Shown: in pieces, positions 51,897-60,544 of the stretch
Position numbering within the stretch: position 1 is the stretch's first letter
Layout: every line of letters begins with the position of its first letter
IMG/VR virus record: IMGVR_UViG_3300034284_000578
Location: 32,001 to 96,000 of that record
Source: a virus
Reading direction: 5' to 3' (one strand)
Length of the DNA: 64,000 bases
Translations under genes and position numbers: made by a program
The notes under the pieces: generated by a model
Told to the model about the DNA's origin: nothing
The model's input: the letters and a program-made list of their open reading frames with translations, nothing else
Databases searched by the model: none

Positions 51897-54215
51897 ATGG
51901 CAACTAATTTTAAGATATACGTCAGTAATTTTCCACAAAAGACCGCCTATAGAAGAGGCGCAACTATAGACGTATACCAAATAAATAAAATCATTTACAC
52001 CCAAGCACAAGAAATAGATAATTTAAACTTAGCAGGTGAATTGTATGAAGATGCTATAGGAATTAAAGGAGATTCTTGTACTAGTGGTTTAATTGGTTGC
52101 GATGAAGCATTCGTAGCACCAAATCCAAATGAATGTAGTGGTGGAGAAAGAGGACCAGCAGGACCAGCAGGTCCACAAGGACCTGCCGGCCCAACAGGAC
52201 CCCAAGGACCTGCTGGTGGTGGTGCTAGAATATTTTGCGGTTATCTTCAAGGACCACCAGCACCACCGGCTGGAGAAATTTCAATTGAATGTTTAAAAAG
52301 CGCAACTGGTTATGTTGTAAATAAAAATGGTGCAGCACTTGGTGGTACAAATCCATTTAGTCCCGGTTCTGGATCTAATTTAAATAATTTTCAACATAAC
52401 TTTGGTACTACTGGTGGAACTCAGTATGTCATAGGGACTAATGGTAGTCCAGTACAAGGAAATAATTGTAGTAGCCCTTCTCCCGCACAAGATAGATTAG
52501 ATGAATTTTTTGATCCACCAAAATATATTCACACTCCGGTATTTAAAGGTTCAAATGTTAATGAAACTTGTTATTCATCAACTCAATGGACATTTGGTGA
52601 ATATTTAAACGCATTTGGTCAAGGATCAGCAGAACTTGGTAGTGGTTTGAGTAATTTTTGTCGAAATGGGGCAAATGCAGCAAACAATAGTGCATCTGGA
52701 TTAATATTCGTCCCAACACAATCAATATACGGTGGTGGTAACGCTACTAGAATGGAAGATTGGTGGGAAATATTAAAGGGAGCAGATGGTAACGGTGGTA
52801 ATGGACTATATGACTCATTAGTAGACAATAATCCAGATTGTGGTCCAGAAGGACCATCATCATCACCACCAATAGCAGATCAGGGTGGTGTATTAAATAG
52901 TCAATGCACTGAAACCGGTGGAACTCCTCCTTCTTCTACACCATTAGAGGGAAATGACAATCCCTGCAATGGTGGATGCAATAATCCTATTGCAAATTGT
53001 TCAGAGTTAACAGATGGTGATATTTTTATCGACGCAACTAACGGAGTAATGTATTTCTACTCAGGGGGAGCGTGGTCAAGTTCCGGTGTCCCTTTAGGGG
53101 GTGAGTCTGCTTGCGATGGACAAGCAGACGGAGGACCAGATTTTACATCAGCAGATGAGTGCCCACAAATAACTTGTTTTTGCCCACCGTGTGAAGAATG
53201 TCCAGATCCATGTCCAGATCCATGCACCGGATGCACCAGTGGTTGTATAACAAATCAATGCTGTCCAGATGGTGAACCTAGTTTAATACTTTGCGGTCCG
53301 CCAAATACAGGGGGTTGTCCACCTGGACAATGCCCGAGACCAGATGGATGCGGTTCGTGCGGAAGTTGTGATGGAAGCACCAATCAATTCAATAGTGCTA
53401 TGGTATTTCCAGATGAAATGATTACAGAAAATGCTAGTGTTTTAAATACACTACTAAACACTTTAAATGCAAGTAATCTTGACTATTATGTTTCTGGAAC
53501 TATGGCACTGGAAGCATACTTAAATGGAAGTGGATTCCCTGGCAAACAAAGAATGGGTGATTTTGATTTTGTTATTGATAGAAAAGATCTTAAAACATTT
53601 AATAATTTAGTTCAAGATAATTTTTATTTAGATATTATTACTGTAGAGGCACCATTCATGTCAAGAGATGATGCAATGCCTCAGTTGTCCTTGATAAGTA
53701 AAACTAATAATTACGCTCCTTATTTTGATCCCATAACTATACCTGTTATTTTATCGGGTTCTGAAGAAATATGGTCAGGAGTAACTATTCCTAAACCAAG
53801 TGAATTTGGACAAAAAAGTTTTAAAACTATAAATTATGGAGGAAAAAGAAACTTATCATTTAAGTGTATTCCTCTATACTATCCTATATTACAAAAAGTA
53901 AGAGCTGGCCGTCCAAAAGATATAATAGACTTAAAGGTTTTATATTTTGCTGGTTTAATAACTGAAGATGTTTTATCTGAATTTACTCCAACTGATTTGG
54001 AAAAATACAACGAAATAGTATCTTACTTTGGAGATGGTTCTAATGCTGCATTTTTTGCAAGAAAAAACTACACTATTGATCAATTACAAAATTTGGCTAA
54101 TAATTACAATAATTTTAAATATGCACCAGCATTTAAAAAGAAATGGACATGGGTTCCAGCATATGGTGGATGGGTAGACCCAGAGGACATAATAACGCCC
54201 GGTTCCGGTTCTTAA
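51897..54215 (+). CDS. Collagen-like, Cys-rich fibre protein with C-terminal nucleotidyltransferase-like domain
   Basis: (G-X-Y)8 at 52143-52214; DGDIFIDATNG.MY.Y..GAW; Cys-rich linker; YYVSGTMAL..Y......RMGDFDFVI and K.RAGRPKDIIDL NTase motifs. Confidence 0.7.
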   Translation: MATNFKIYVSNFPQKTAYRRGATIDVYQINKIIYTQAQEIDNLNLAGELYEDAIGIKGDSCTSGLIGCDEAFVAPNPNECSGGERGPAGPAGPQGPAGPTGPQGPAGGGARIFCGYLQGPPAPPAGEISIECLKSATGYVVNKNGAALGGTNPFSPGSGSNLNNFQHNFGTTGGTQYVIGTNGSPVQGNNCSSPSPAQDRLDEFFDPPKYIHTPVFKGSNVNETCYSSTQWTFGEYLNAFGQGSAELGSGLSNFCRNGANAANNSASGLIFVPTQSIYGGGNATRMEDWWEILKGADGNGGNGLYDSLVDNNPDCGPEGPSSSPPIADQGGVLNSQCTETGGTPPSSTPLEGNDNPCNGGCNNPIANCSELTDGDIFIDATNGVMYFYSGGAWSSSGVPLGGESACDGQADGGPDFTSADECPQITCFCPPCEECPDPCPDPCTGCTSGCITNQCCPDGEPSLILCGPPNTGGCPPGQCPRPDGCGSCGSCDGSTNQFNSAMVFPDEMITENASVLNTLLNTLNASNLDYYVSGTMALEAYLNGSGFPGKQRMGDFDFVIDRKDLKTFNNLVQDNFYLDIITVEAPFMSRDDAMPQLSLISKTNNYAPYFDPITIPVILSGSEEIWSGVTIPKPSEFGQKSFKTINYGGKRNLSFKCIPLYYPILQKVRAGRPKDIIDLKVLYFAGLITEDVLSEFTPTDLEKYNEIVSYFGDGSNAAFFARKNYTIDQLQNLANNYNNFKYAPAFKKKWTWVPAYGGWVDPEDIITPGSGS

Positions 54216-54232
54216 ACTTAAATAAACTAAAG

Positions 54233-54240
54233 TATAAATA
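54233..54240 (+). promoter_or_regulatory. T4-type late promoter TATAAATA (gp67/gp21)
   Basis: Exact T4 late consensus in intergenic DNA; gp55 sigma is encoded in the window. Confidence 0.85.
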
Positions 54241-54260
54241 ATGAAAAGAGGATTATACCG

Positions 54261-54536
54261 ATGTCTACAGAAAAAATTATAGATTCTTTATTTGATAACA
54301 ACTTGGAGCAATTCCGCAAGCAAGTCCATGCTGCTTTATTTGTAAAAACCGGAGAATATATGAACTCCGCAAAACAAGTAGTCGCTGGCGCCATGATGAA
54401 TCCTCCAGAAGAAGTACAAGAGGAAAAAAAGAAACTATCTAAAGAGCAATTAGCAGCAGTAAGAGCACCACATGATAAAATTACCCGTGGAGACATTATT
54501 GCTCTTGCTCAAAAGAACGCAAAGAAAAAGGGGTAA
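54261..54536 (+). CDS. gp67: Prohead core protein gp67-like
   Basis: IIDSLF.NN...F.......L..K....M...K..VA pattern; directly upstream of gp21. Confidence 0.6.
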   Translation: MSTEKIIDSLFDNNLEQFRKQVHAALFVKTGEYMNSAKQVVAGAMMNPPEEVQEEKKKLSKEQLAAVRAPHDKITRGDIIALAQKNAKKKG

Positions 54537-54541
54537 TATAG

Positions 54542-55189
54542 ATGAAACTTATTACTGAAACAAGACAACAAGACATTCAATATGTTTCTGAAGCCGCAGA
54601 GGGTGGTAAGAAGTCTTACTTCATTCGTGGTGTTTTCGCAGAGTCCAATAAAGTAAACAAGAATCAACGATTTTACGAAGGACCAGTCATGGAGATGGCT
54701 GTACAAACATACAATGATACCTTTGTAAAAAATAGTCGCGCTTTGGGTGAACTTGGACATCCAGAAGGACCAACTGTTAATTTAGAAAGAGTATGCCACA
54801 TGATCAAAGATCTTCATGTGGAGGGTAGTCAAGTAATGGGTAATGCAAAGATCATGGACACCCCATATGGTAGAATTGTACAAAACCTTATTGATGAAGG
54901 TGCTAAACTTGGAGTGTCTACCCGTGGTATGGGTTCATTGGCTGAGCGCAATGGAGTCAATTATGTGCAAAAAGACTTCATGCTTGCCGCTGTCGATGTA
55001 GTTGCAGATCCCTCTGCACCAAACGCATTCGTAGACGGCATCATGGAAGGTAAAGAATGGGTTTGGGACAATGGTGTTTTCAAACCAACAATCATTGAGA
55101 ATTACAAAAAACAAATTGAAAAAGCAGGATCAAGAAACTTGGAAGAAGCCAAATTGAAAGTATTCCGCGATTTCTTATCTAAATTGTGA
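54542..55189 (+). CDS. gp21: Prohead protease
   Basis: MKLITE, N.N.R.Y, RALGELGHP.GPTVNL.RV.H, LGVSTRGMGSL, DVVADPSAPNAFV.GIMEGKEW. Confidence 0.98.
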   Translation: MKLITETRQQDIQYVSEAAEGGKKSYFIRGVFAESNKVNKNQRFYEGPVMEMAVQTYNDTFVKNSRALGELGHPEGPTVNLERVCHMIKDLHVEGSQVMGNAKIMDTPYGRIVQNLIDEGAKLGVSTRGMGSLAERNGVNYVQKDFMLAAVDVVADPSAPNAFVDGIMEGKEWVWDNGVFKPTIIENYKKQIEKAGSRNLEEAKLKVFRDFLSKL

Positions 55190-55193
55190 AATA

Positions 55194-55201
55194 TATAAAT
55201 A
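55194..55201 (+). promoter_or_regulatory. Late promoter TATAAATA (gp22)
   Basis: Exact consensus upstream of AAGGAG SD and ATG 55232. Confidence 0.85.
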
Positions 55202-55231
55202 ACTGAGCGACAAATCAAGGAGATTTAACAA

Positions 55232-56446
55232 ATGGACCCCAAGAAAATTGCAGAAGAAATCGTAAAAGATTTATTCGATACATATGAACTCGTCGAAGAA
55301 AAAGAAGAAAAGGACGAGGAAGAAGAAGGCGAAGAAGAAGAAGAAGCCGGTGAGGAAGAAGAAGGCGAAGAAGAAGCCGGTGAGGAAGAAGAAGGCGAAG
55401 AAGAAGGTGAAGAAGAGGCAGAAGACAAGGCTCCAGTTGCTAAAGCAGTTGGTAATGCCATGAAGGGTTCTGCTACTACATCTGCTGCCGCTTCAATCTC
55501 CCTTAAAGGTCAATTACCACAACCAACAAAAGGTTCTGGACATGTCCACGATGCCTTGGGTGGTGGTGTAAAGGATGCACATGGCGGTGGTGAGCAAATC
55601 ATCCAACCAACAGGTGGAAATCCCGGTGCATTGGCTGCATCTCTCAACATGAAGCCATCATTCACTTCTCCACAAGCACCACAAATGACCAGTGAGCAAT
55701 TAGCCTCTGATATTACAGCAATCTTTGGTTCACAAGAACTATCTGAAGATTTTGTAAAGAATGCTGCTTCAATTTATGAAGCCGCAGTTGCTTCAAAGGT
55801 TGAAACAATTGCAGAAGCATTAGTCGAACAATTTGAAGAAAAGTTGGTAGAAGAAGTAGAAACTGTAAAGTCTGCTTTGGTAGAACAACTTGATAATTAT
55901 TTGGCTTATGTTGTCCAAGAATGGGCAAAAGAAAATGCAGTTGCCATTGAAAATGGTTTAAGAACAGAAATTGCAGAAGACTTCATCAATGGTTTGAAGA
56001 ATCTTTTTGCGGAATCTTATGTTGAAATTCCAGAAGAAAAAGTAAATCTGTTTGATGAACTTTCGGAAGCGGTCGAAACTCTTGAAGGTAGAATAAACGA
56101 AGAGATTGAAAAGAACGTAGTTCTCAATCAAGAAATTAGTTTACTAACCGCTCAAAGAGTATTTGCTGAAGAAACAAGAGGATTGACTGTTCTTCAAGCA
56201 GAAAAAGCAAGAGAGATTGCAGAAAATCTCGAATACTCTGGAGAAGAAGATTTCCGCAGTAAAGTAAAGACCTTGGTTGAAGGTGTTGTTTCTGGAGCCA
56301 AAAAGGTTGCACCAAAGAATGTTCAAAAGGTAAATGAACAAATTACACTTTTGGAACAAGCAACTGAAGATGAGCCAGAGCAAGAAACACTCTCTCCACT
56401 CATGGAACTTTATTCAAACACAATTAACAGAACACTAAAATCTTAA
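55232..56446 (+). CDS. gp22: Prohead core scaffold protein
   Basis: LSEDF...A..IYEAAV..KV, LDNYL.YVV.EW..EN..AIE.GLRTEI.EDFI.GLK.LF.E.Y..IPEEK; acidic N-terminus. Confidence 0.95.
   Translation: MDPKKIAEEIVKDLFDTYELVEEKEEKDEEEEGEEEEEAGEEEEGEEEAGEEEEGEEEGEEEAEDKAPVAKAVGNAMKGSATTSAAASISLKGQLPQPTKGSGHVHDALGGGVKDAHGGGEQIIQPTGGNPGALAASLNMKPSFTSPQAPQMTSEQLASDITAIFGSQELSEDFVKNAASIYEAAVASKVETIAEALVEQFEEKLVEEVETVKSALVEQLDNYLAYVVQEWAKENAVAIENGLRTEIAEDFINGLKNLFAESYVEIPEEKVNLFDELSEAVETLEGRINEEIEKNVVLNQEISLLTAQRVFAEETRGLTVLQAEKAREIAENLEYSGEEDFRSKVKTLVEGVVSGAKKVAPKNVQKVNEQITLLEQATEDEPEQETLSPLMELYSNTINRTLKS
55337..55396 (+). repeat. 30-bp tandem duplication (EEEAGEEEEG x2) in the poly-Glu tract of gp22
   Basis: GAAGAAGAAGCCGGTGAGGAAGAAGAAGGC repeated exactly twice, with degenerate flanking copies. 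Confidence 0.9.
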
Positions 56447-56463
56447 TTCAAAAATTGAGAAAT

Positions 56464-56471
56464 TATAAATA
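56464..56471 (+). promoter_or_regulatory. Late promoter TATAAATA (gp23)
   Basis: Exact consensus upstream of AAGGAG SD and ATG 56507. Confidence 0.85.
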
Positions 56472-56506
56472 AACTCAGACAAAAAGGTTTAAAGGAGCAA
56501 AGAAAA

Positions 56507-57970
56507 ATGGACCCTAATCGTCAAATGATCACAGAATCTGCCCGCAAAAAGTGGCAACCAATCCTTGAGCACAAGGCATTGCCAGAAATCAAGGACAGTT
56601 ATAAAAAGACTGTAACAACAATCCTCTTGGAGAACCAAGAGCGCGCACTCCGCGAATCATACCAAGGTATTGCCGGTACAGGACTCGGTAACATTGGTGG
56701 GTTTGAAGCCGGTGCAACCTCAACAACTGGTACTGGTATCGATTCATTCGATCCAATCATGATCAGTTTGGTTCGTCGCGCTATGCCAAATTTGATGGCT
56801 TACGACATCGCTGGTGTTCAACCAATGAACGGCCCAACCGGCTTGATCTTCGCAATGAAGACAAAGTATCAAAACGCTGGTACAGGAACAATTGGTGCCC
56901 GCGCTGGTAATGCCAGTGAAGCACTGTTCAAGGAAGCCAACACAAGTTGGTCCGGTGAAACTGGTGCTGCTGGTGACATGGGAGATATCTTCCAAGATGA
57001 CGCCGGTTCAACCGATGGACGCTTCGAAGCCGGTCGTGGATTTGCCACATCTAAGGGTGAAAAACTCGGAGATGGTACAAATAACTTTAACGAAATGTCT
57101 TTCACAATCGAAAAGACAGCCGTTACAGCCAAGACTCGCGCCCTCAAGGCAGAGTACACAACAGAACTCGCTCAAGACCTCAAGGCCGTTCACGGACTTG
57201 ACGCTGAGACAGAGTTGGCTAACATCCTCTCAACCGAAATCATGTTTGAAATCAACCGCGAGTTGGTTCGTCAAATCTATGATGTCGCTAAGTTGGGTTG
57301 CCAACAAGCCGACCTCGCCGGTAAGGCTTCAGGTGGTGGTTTGAATGGTGCCGCAGGTGGTGGTACATATAACCTCGAACTCGACTCCGATGGTCGTTGG
57401 AGTGCTGAAAAGTTCCGTGGTTTGACCTTCCAAATCGAGCGCGAGTGCAACGTAGTAGGTGCTGAGACTCGTCGTGGTAAGGGTAACTTTATCATCACAA
57501 GTCCAGACGTTGCTGCTGCCCTCAGTATGAGTGGTTTGCTCGACTTCTCTCCAGCCTTCAGTGGTGCTCTTAACACAGACGTTAATGGCAACACCTTCGC
57601 TGGTACACTCCACGGTGGACGTATCAAGGTTTACATTGATCCATATTCAATGCCAACCCACACAGAAACCTTCTCACCAATCAATTTCGTATGCGTAGGA
57701 TATAAGGGAACAAGTCCATACGACGCTGGTCTCTTCTACTGCCCATACGTTCCATTGCAAATGGTAAGAGCCGTTGATACAGGTACATTCCAACCAAAGA
57801 TTGGTTTCAAGACCCGTTATGGTATGGTAAGTAACCCATACGTTCTCAATGCAAGCAGTCTCCCAGACGCTGAAACATTGACACGTAGACGTAATCAATA
57901 CTACCGCATCTTCCGCGTAGATAACCTACACGGTAACGACGCCACATACAACCCAACAACCGCTAACTAA
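56507..57970 (+). CDS. gp23: Major capsid protein
   Basis: KW.PILEH, LLENQE, FDP..ISLVRRAMPNL.AYD..GVQPM.GPTGLIFAM, TAKTRALKAEY..ELAQDLKAVHGLDAE.ELANILS.EI, DAGLFYCPYVPL, FQPKIGFKTRYG. Confidence 0.99.
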   Translation: MDPNRQMITESARKKWQPILEHKALPEIKDSYKKTVTTILLENQERALRESYQGIAGTGLGNIGGFEAGATSTTGTGIDSFDPIMISLVRRAMPNLMAYDIAGVQPMNGPTGLIFAMKTKYQNAGTGTIGARAGNASEALFKEANTSWSGETGAAGDMGDIFQDDAGSTDGRFEAGRGFATSKGEKLGDGTNNFNEMSFTIEKTAVTAKTRALKAEYTTELAQDLKAVHGLDAETELANILSTEIMFEINRELVRQIYDVAKLGCQQADLAGKASGGGLNGAAGGGTYNLELDSDGRWSAEKFRGLTFQIERECNVVGAETRRGKGNFIITSPDVAAALSMSGLLDFSPAFSGALNTDVNGNTFAGTLHGGRIKVYIDPYSMPTHTETFSPINFVCVGYKGTSPYDAGLFYCPYVPLQMVRAVDTGTFQPKIGFKTRYGMVSNPYVLNASSLPDAETLTRRRNQYYRIFRVDNLHGNDATYNPTTAN

Positions 57971-57993
57971 TATTAGCGCGTAAACCAACGAGT

Positions 57994-58025
57994 AGAGGGT
58001 TCCGAAAGGAACCCTTTATTCTTTT
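57994..58025 (+). terminator. Rho-independent terminator after gp23
   Basis: AGAGGGTTCC-GAAA-GGAACCCTTT stem with GNRA loop, followed by ATTCTTTT. Confidence 0.88.
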
Positions 58026-58037
58026 ATAGATACTATT

Positions 58038-58565
58038 ATGAGCAATCTAATTACAAACGCAATACAAAGACAGCCAAAGTCGATCAACCCAATGCAGTTG
58101 AACGAATATAAAATGGTATTGCATAGAACTCCTCATATAGTTTATTTCTGTCAGTCAATCAACCTACCCGGTATCCAATCTAGTCCTATATCGCAGCCTA
58201 GTCCCTTTGCCACCGATATAAAGAGGACTCCAGGCAAGGTAACGCATGATGATTTAAATGTTAAATTCATTGTAAATGAAGATATGTCTAATTGGCTGGA
58301 ATTGTATAATTGGTTGAGAACGATAACTCCAATCGATACATTCAATAATCAAGTTCAAGAAACACAAAGATTTTCTGATATTTCAATAATAGTAATGAAC
58401 AGCAAGTCTTTAGGTTTATTGCATTTCACATATAGAGATTGTTTTCCTTTGGCAATATCTGGATTAGATCTAGACAGTACTGTTAGTGATATTAATCCTG
58501 CGATTGCTGGAGTAACATTTGCATACAGCGGGTTTACAGTAGAAACCCTCAGACAGAACATTTAA
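58038..58565 (+). CDS. gp3: Tail completion / tube terminator
   Basis: YFCQSINLPGI, DLNVKFIVNEDMSNWLELYNWL, F...DCFP..ISG, VTFAY. Confidence 0.9.
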   Translation: MSNLITNAIQRQPKSINPMQLNEYKMVLHRTPHIVYFCQSINLPGIQSSPISQPSPFATDIKRTPGKVTHDDLNVKFIVNEDMSNWLELYNWLRTITPIDTFNNQVQETQRFSDISIIVMNSKSLGLLHFTYRDCFPLAISGLDLDSTVSDINPAIAGVTFAYSGFTVETLRQNI

Positions 58566-58593
58566 TTGCTTTTTACTTGATGTGTGATATACT
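58566..58593 (+). promoter_or_regulatory. sigma70-type (early/middle) promoter of uvsY
   Basis: TTGCTT-N16-TATACT with extended -10 TG; AGGAG SD and ATG 58610 downstream. Confidence 0.7.
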
Positions 58594-58609
58594 CCCAATA
58601 GGAGATTTT

Positions 58610-59047
58610 ATGCTATTTGATGATATTAAAAAGATGGCGGATGTTGATTTGAAGTTCAATGAATCTGAACTGGATACGGAGTCTCTACGCATTCCCCAGT
58701 TACATGGTAAATATTTAAATATGCTGTACGATGAGAAACTTGTACTACGCAAATGGAAAAATGAACTCGGTCAACTTTTAAAACTAAAATGGGAATACTA
58801 CACTGGCAAAATGTCAGAGGAACAACTAAAGGAACTCAATTGGGAGCCATTTCAGTTGCGTATTCTAAAACAAGATGTTGAATTGTACATGGAATCTGAT
58901 GCAGATCTAAATCAAAAAAGAGATAGAGTATTTGTACAAGAAGAAAAAGTAAACTACTTAGAATCAATTATCAAAATGATTTCTAATCGTCAATACCACA
59001 TACGAGACGCCATTACTTGGCGTAAGTTCATAAATGGAGAATCATAA
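58610..59047 (+). CDS. uvsY: Recombination mediator UvsY (start revised to ATG 58610)
   Basis: D..ESLRIPQLH.KYL, KWEYYTGK, PFQLRILKQD...Y..SD.D, YLESIIK.I.NR.YHIRDAI.W.KF..G. Confidence 0.92.
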   Translation: MLFDDIKKMADVDLKFNESELDTESLRIPQLHGKYLNMLYDEKLVLRKWKNELGQLLKLKWEYYTGKMSEEQLKELNWEPFQLRILKQDVELYMESDADLNQKRDRVFVQEEKVNYLESIIKMISNRQYHIRDAITWRKFINGES

Positions 59048-59048
59048 T

Positions 59049-59067
59049 TGTCCTAAATAATAGGACA
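59049..59067 (+). promoter_or_regulatory. Hairpin over the uvsW RBS/start containing late promoter CCTAAATA (59052-59059)
   Basis: TGTCCTA-AATAA-TAGGACA perfect 7-bp stem; the 3' arm is the AGGA SD plus the A of ATG. Confidence 0.75.
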
Positions 59068-60542
59068 TGAGTGATTTAATAATTGAACCAGTTGATTCTG
59101 TTTATATCAAGGTAAAGTGTGAAAAAGGATATGCTAAAGAACTTTCCGATTTTTTCACGTTCAAAGTACCTGGTCATAAATTCATGCCTGCGTTTAGGAA
59201 TAAAATGTGGGATGGACAGATCAAACTATACAATATCTACAAGCAAGAAATCTACGCCGGATTGGAAGATTATGTTATCCAATTTGCGAAAGATAGATCG
59301 TATAACATTGAGAGACGCGAAACTCCAAAGAAAAATTCGATTACTCCTGATGAAGTCGTAAAGTTTGCAAAACTTTTAAATATCCCATTCAATCTTCACG
59401 ATCACCAAGTAGAAGGCATCTGTCATGCAATTAACAATGATAGATGTCTTTTGCTTTCTCCAACTGGTTCCGGAAAGAGTCTTATCATTTATACTTTGGT
59501 AAGATACTATCTTGATAGAATCAGTCCTAAAAAGAAAATACTAATCATTGTTCCAACTATTTCATTAGTTACACAAATGTATTCCGATTTCTTTGAATAT
59601 TCAAAAACATCCGAATGGAAACTGCGGAAGTATTGCCACAAGATACATGGTGGGGAAGAAAAAGAAACAGACAAGCAAATAGTAATCTCAACTTGGCAAA
59701 GCATTTATAAGATGCCAAAAACTTACTTCGACGAATTCGAAGTAGTAATAGGCGACGAATGCCATTTGTTTAAATCAAAATCACTAACAGCGATAATGAC
59801 CAAACTTACAGGTTGTCCTTATCGCATCGGTACAACTGGTACTTTGGATGGAACATTCACCCATAAACTAGTAATAGAAGGACTGTTTGGAAGAGTCCAC
59901 AAAGTCACCAGTACAAAAGAGTTGATGGATAAGGAACTATTATCCAAATTAAATATTGATTGTATTGTTTTAAATTATCCACCAGAAGTAAAACAAAGTT
60001 GTAAGAAATTCAAATACGCAGAAGAAATTGACTGGTTGGTGCAAAATCAAAAGCGAAACGAATTCATTTGTAATTTGGCAGAAAGTTTAAAGGGAAATAC
60101 TCTAATACTATTTCAGTTTGTAGAAAAACATGGAAAGGTATTGTACGACATTTTACAAAAGATGAACAATAAAAAAGTATTCTTTGTGCATGGTGGTACT
60201 GAAGCAGATGACAGAGAAATGATAAGAAAAATTGTAGAGAAGGAAGAAAACGCCATTATTGTAGCATCATACGGTACATTCAGTACAGGTATATCCATTA
60301 AACGACTACATAATATTGTATTCTCATCTCCATCTAAGAGTAGAATACGGGTGTTACAAAGTATTGGAAGACAACTTAGAAAATCGGAATTTAAAGAAAA
60401 AGCAAAGTTGTATGATATAGCGGATGATTTGTCTTGGAAGTCTCATCAAAATCACACGCTTAGACATTTTGGTGAAAGACTTAAAATATATGAACACGAA
60501 AAGTTTGATTTTCGTAAAATAGTAATATCGATAGAGGAGTAA
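59067..60542 (+). CDS. uvsW: RNA-DNA/DNA helicase UvsW
   Basis: FTFKVPG.KFMP..R...WDG.I.L, SPTGSGKS, STWQS, GDECH, GTTGTL, ASYGTFSTGI, LQSIGR.LR. Confidence 0.97.
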   Translation: MSDLIIEPVDSVYIKVKCEKGYAKELSDFFTFKVPGHKFMPAFRNKMWDGQIKLYNIYKQEIYAGLEDYVIQFAKDRSYNIERRETPKKNSITPDEVVKFAKLLNIPFNLHDHQVEGICHAINNDRCLLLSPTGSGKSLIIYTLVRYYLDRISPKKKILIIVPTISLVTQMYSDFFEYSKTSEWKLRKYCHKIHGGEEKETDKQIVISTWQSIYKMPKTYFDEFEVVIGDECHLFKSKSLTAIMTKLTGCPYRIGTTGTLDGTFTHKLVIEGLFGRVHKVTSTKELMDKELLSKLNIDCIVLNYPPEVKQSCKKFKYAEEIDWLVQNQKRNEFICNLAESLKGNTLILFQFVEKHGKVLYDILQKMNNKKVFFVHGGTEADDREMIRKIVEKEENAIIVASYGTFSTGISIKRLHNIVFSSPSKSRIRVLQSIGRQLRKSEFKEKAKLYDIADDLSWKSHQNHTLRHFGERLKIYEHEKFDFRKIVISIEE

Positions 60543-60544
60543 AT

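Noticed and set aside
56744-57898. Several overlapping alternative-frame ORFs in gp23
   Set aside because: Expected by-product of strong codon bias in the capsid gene; no RBS or motif support
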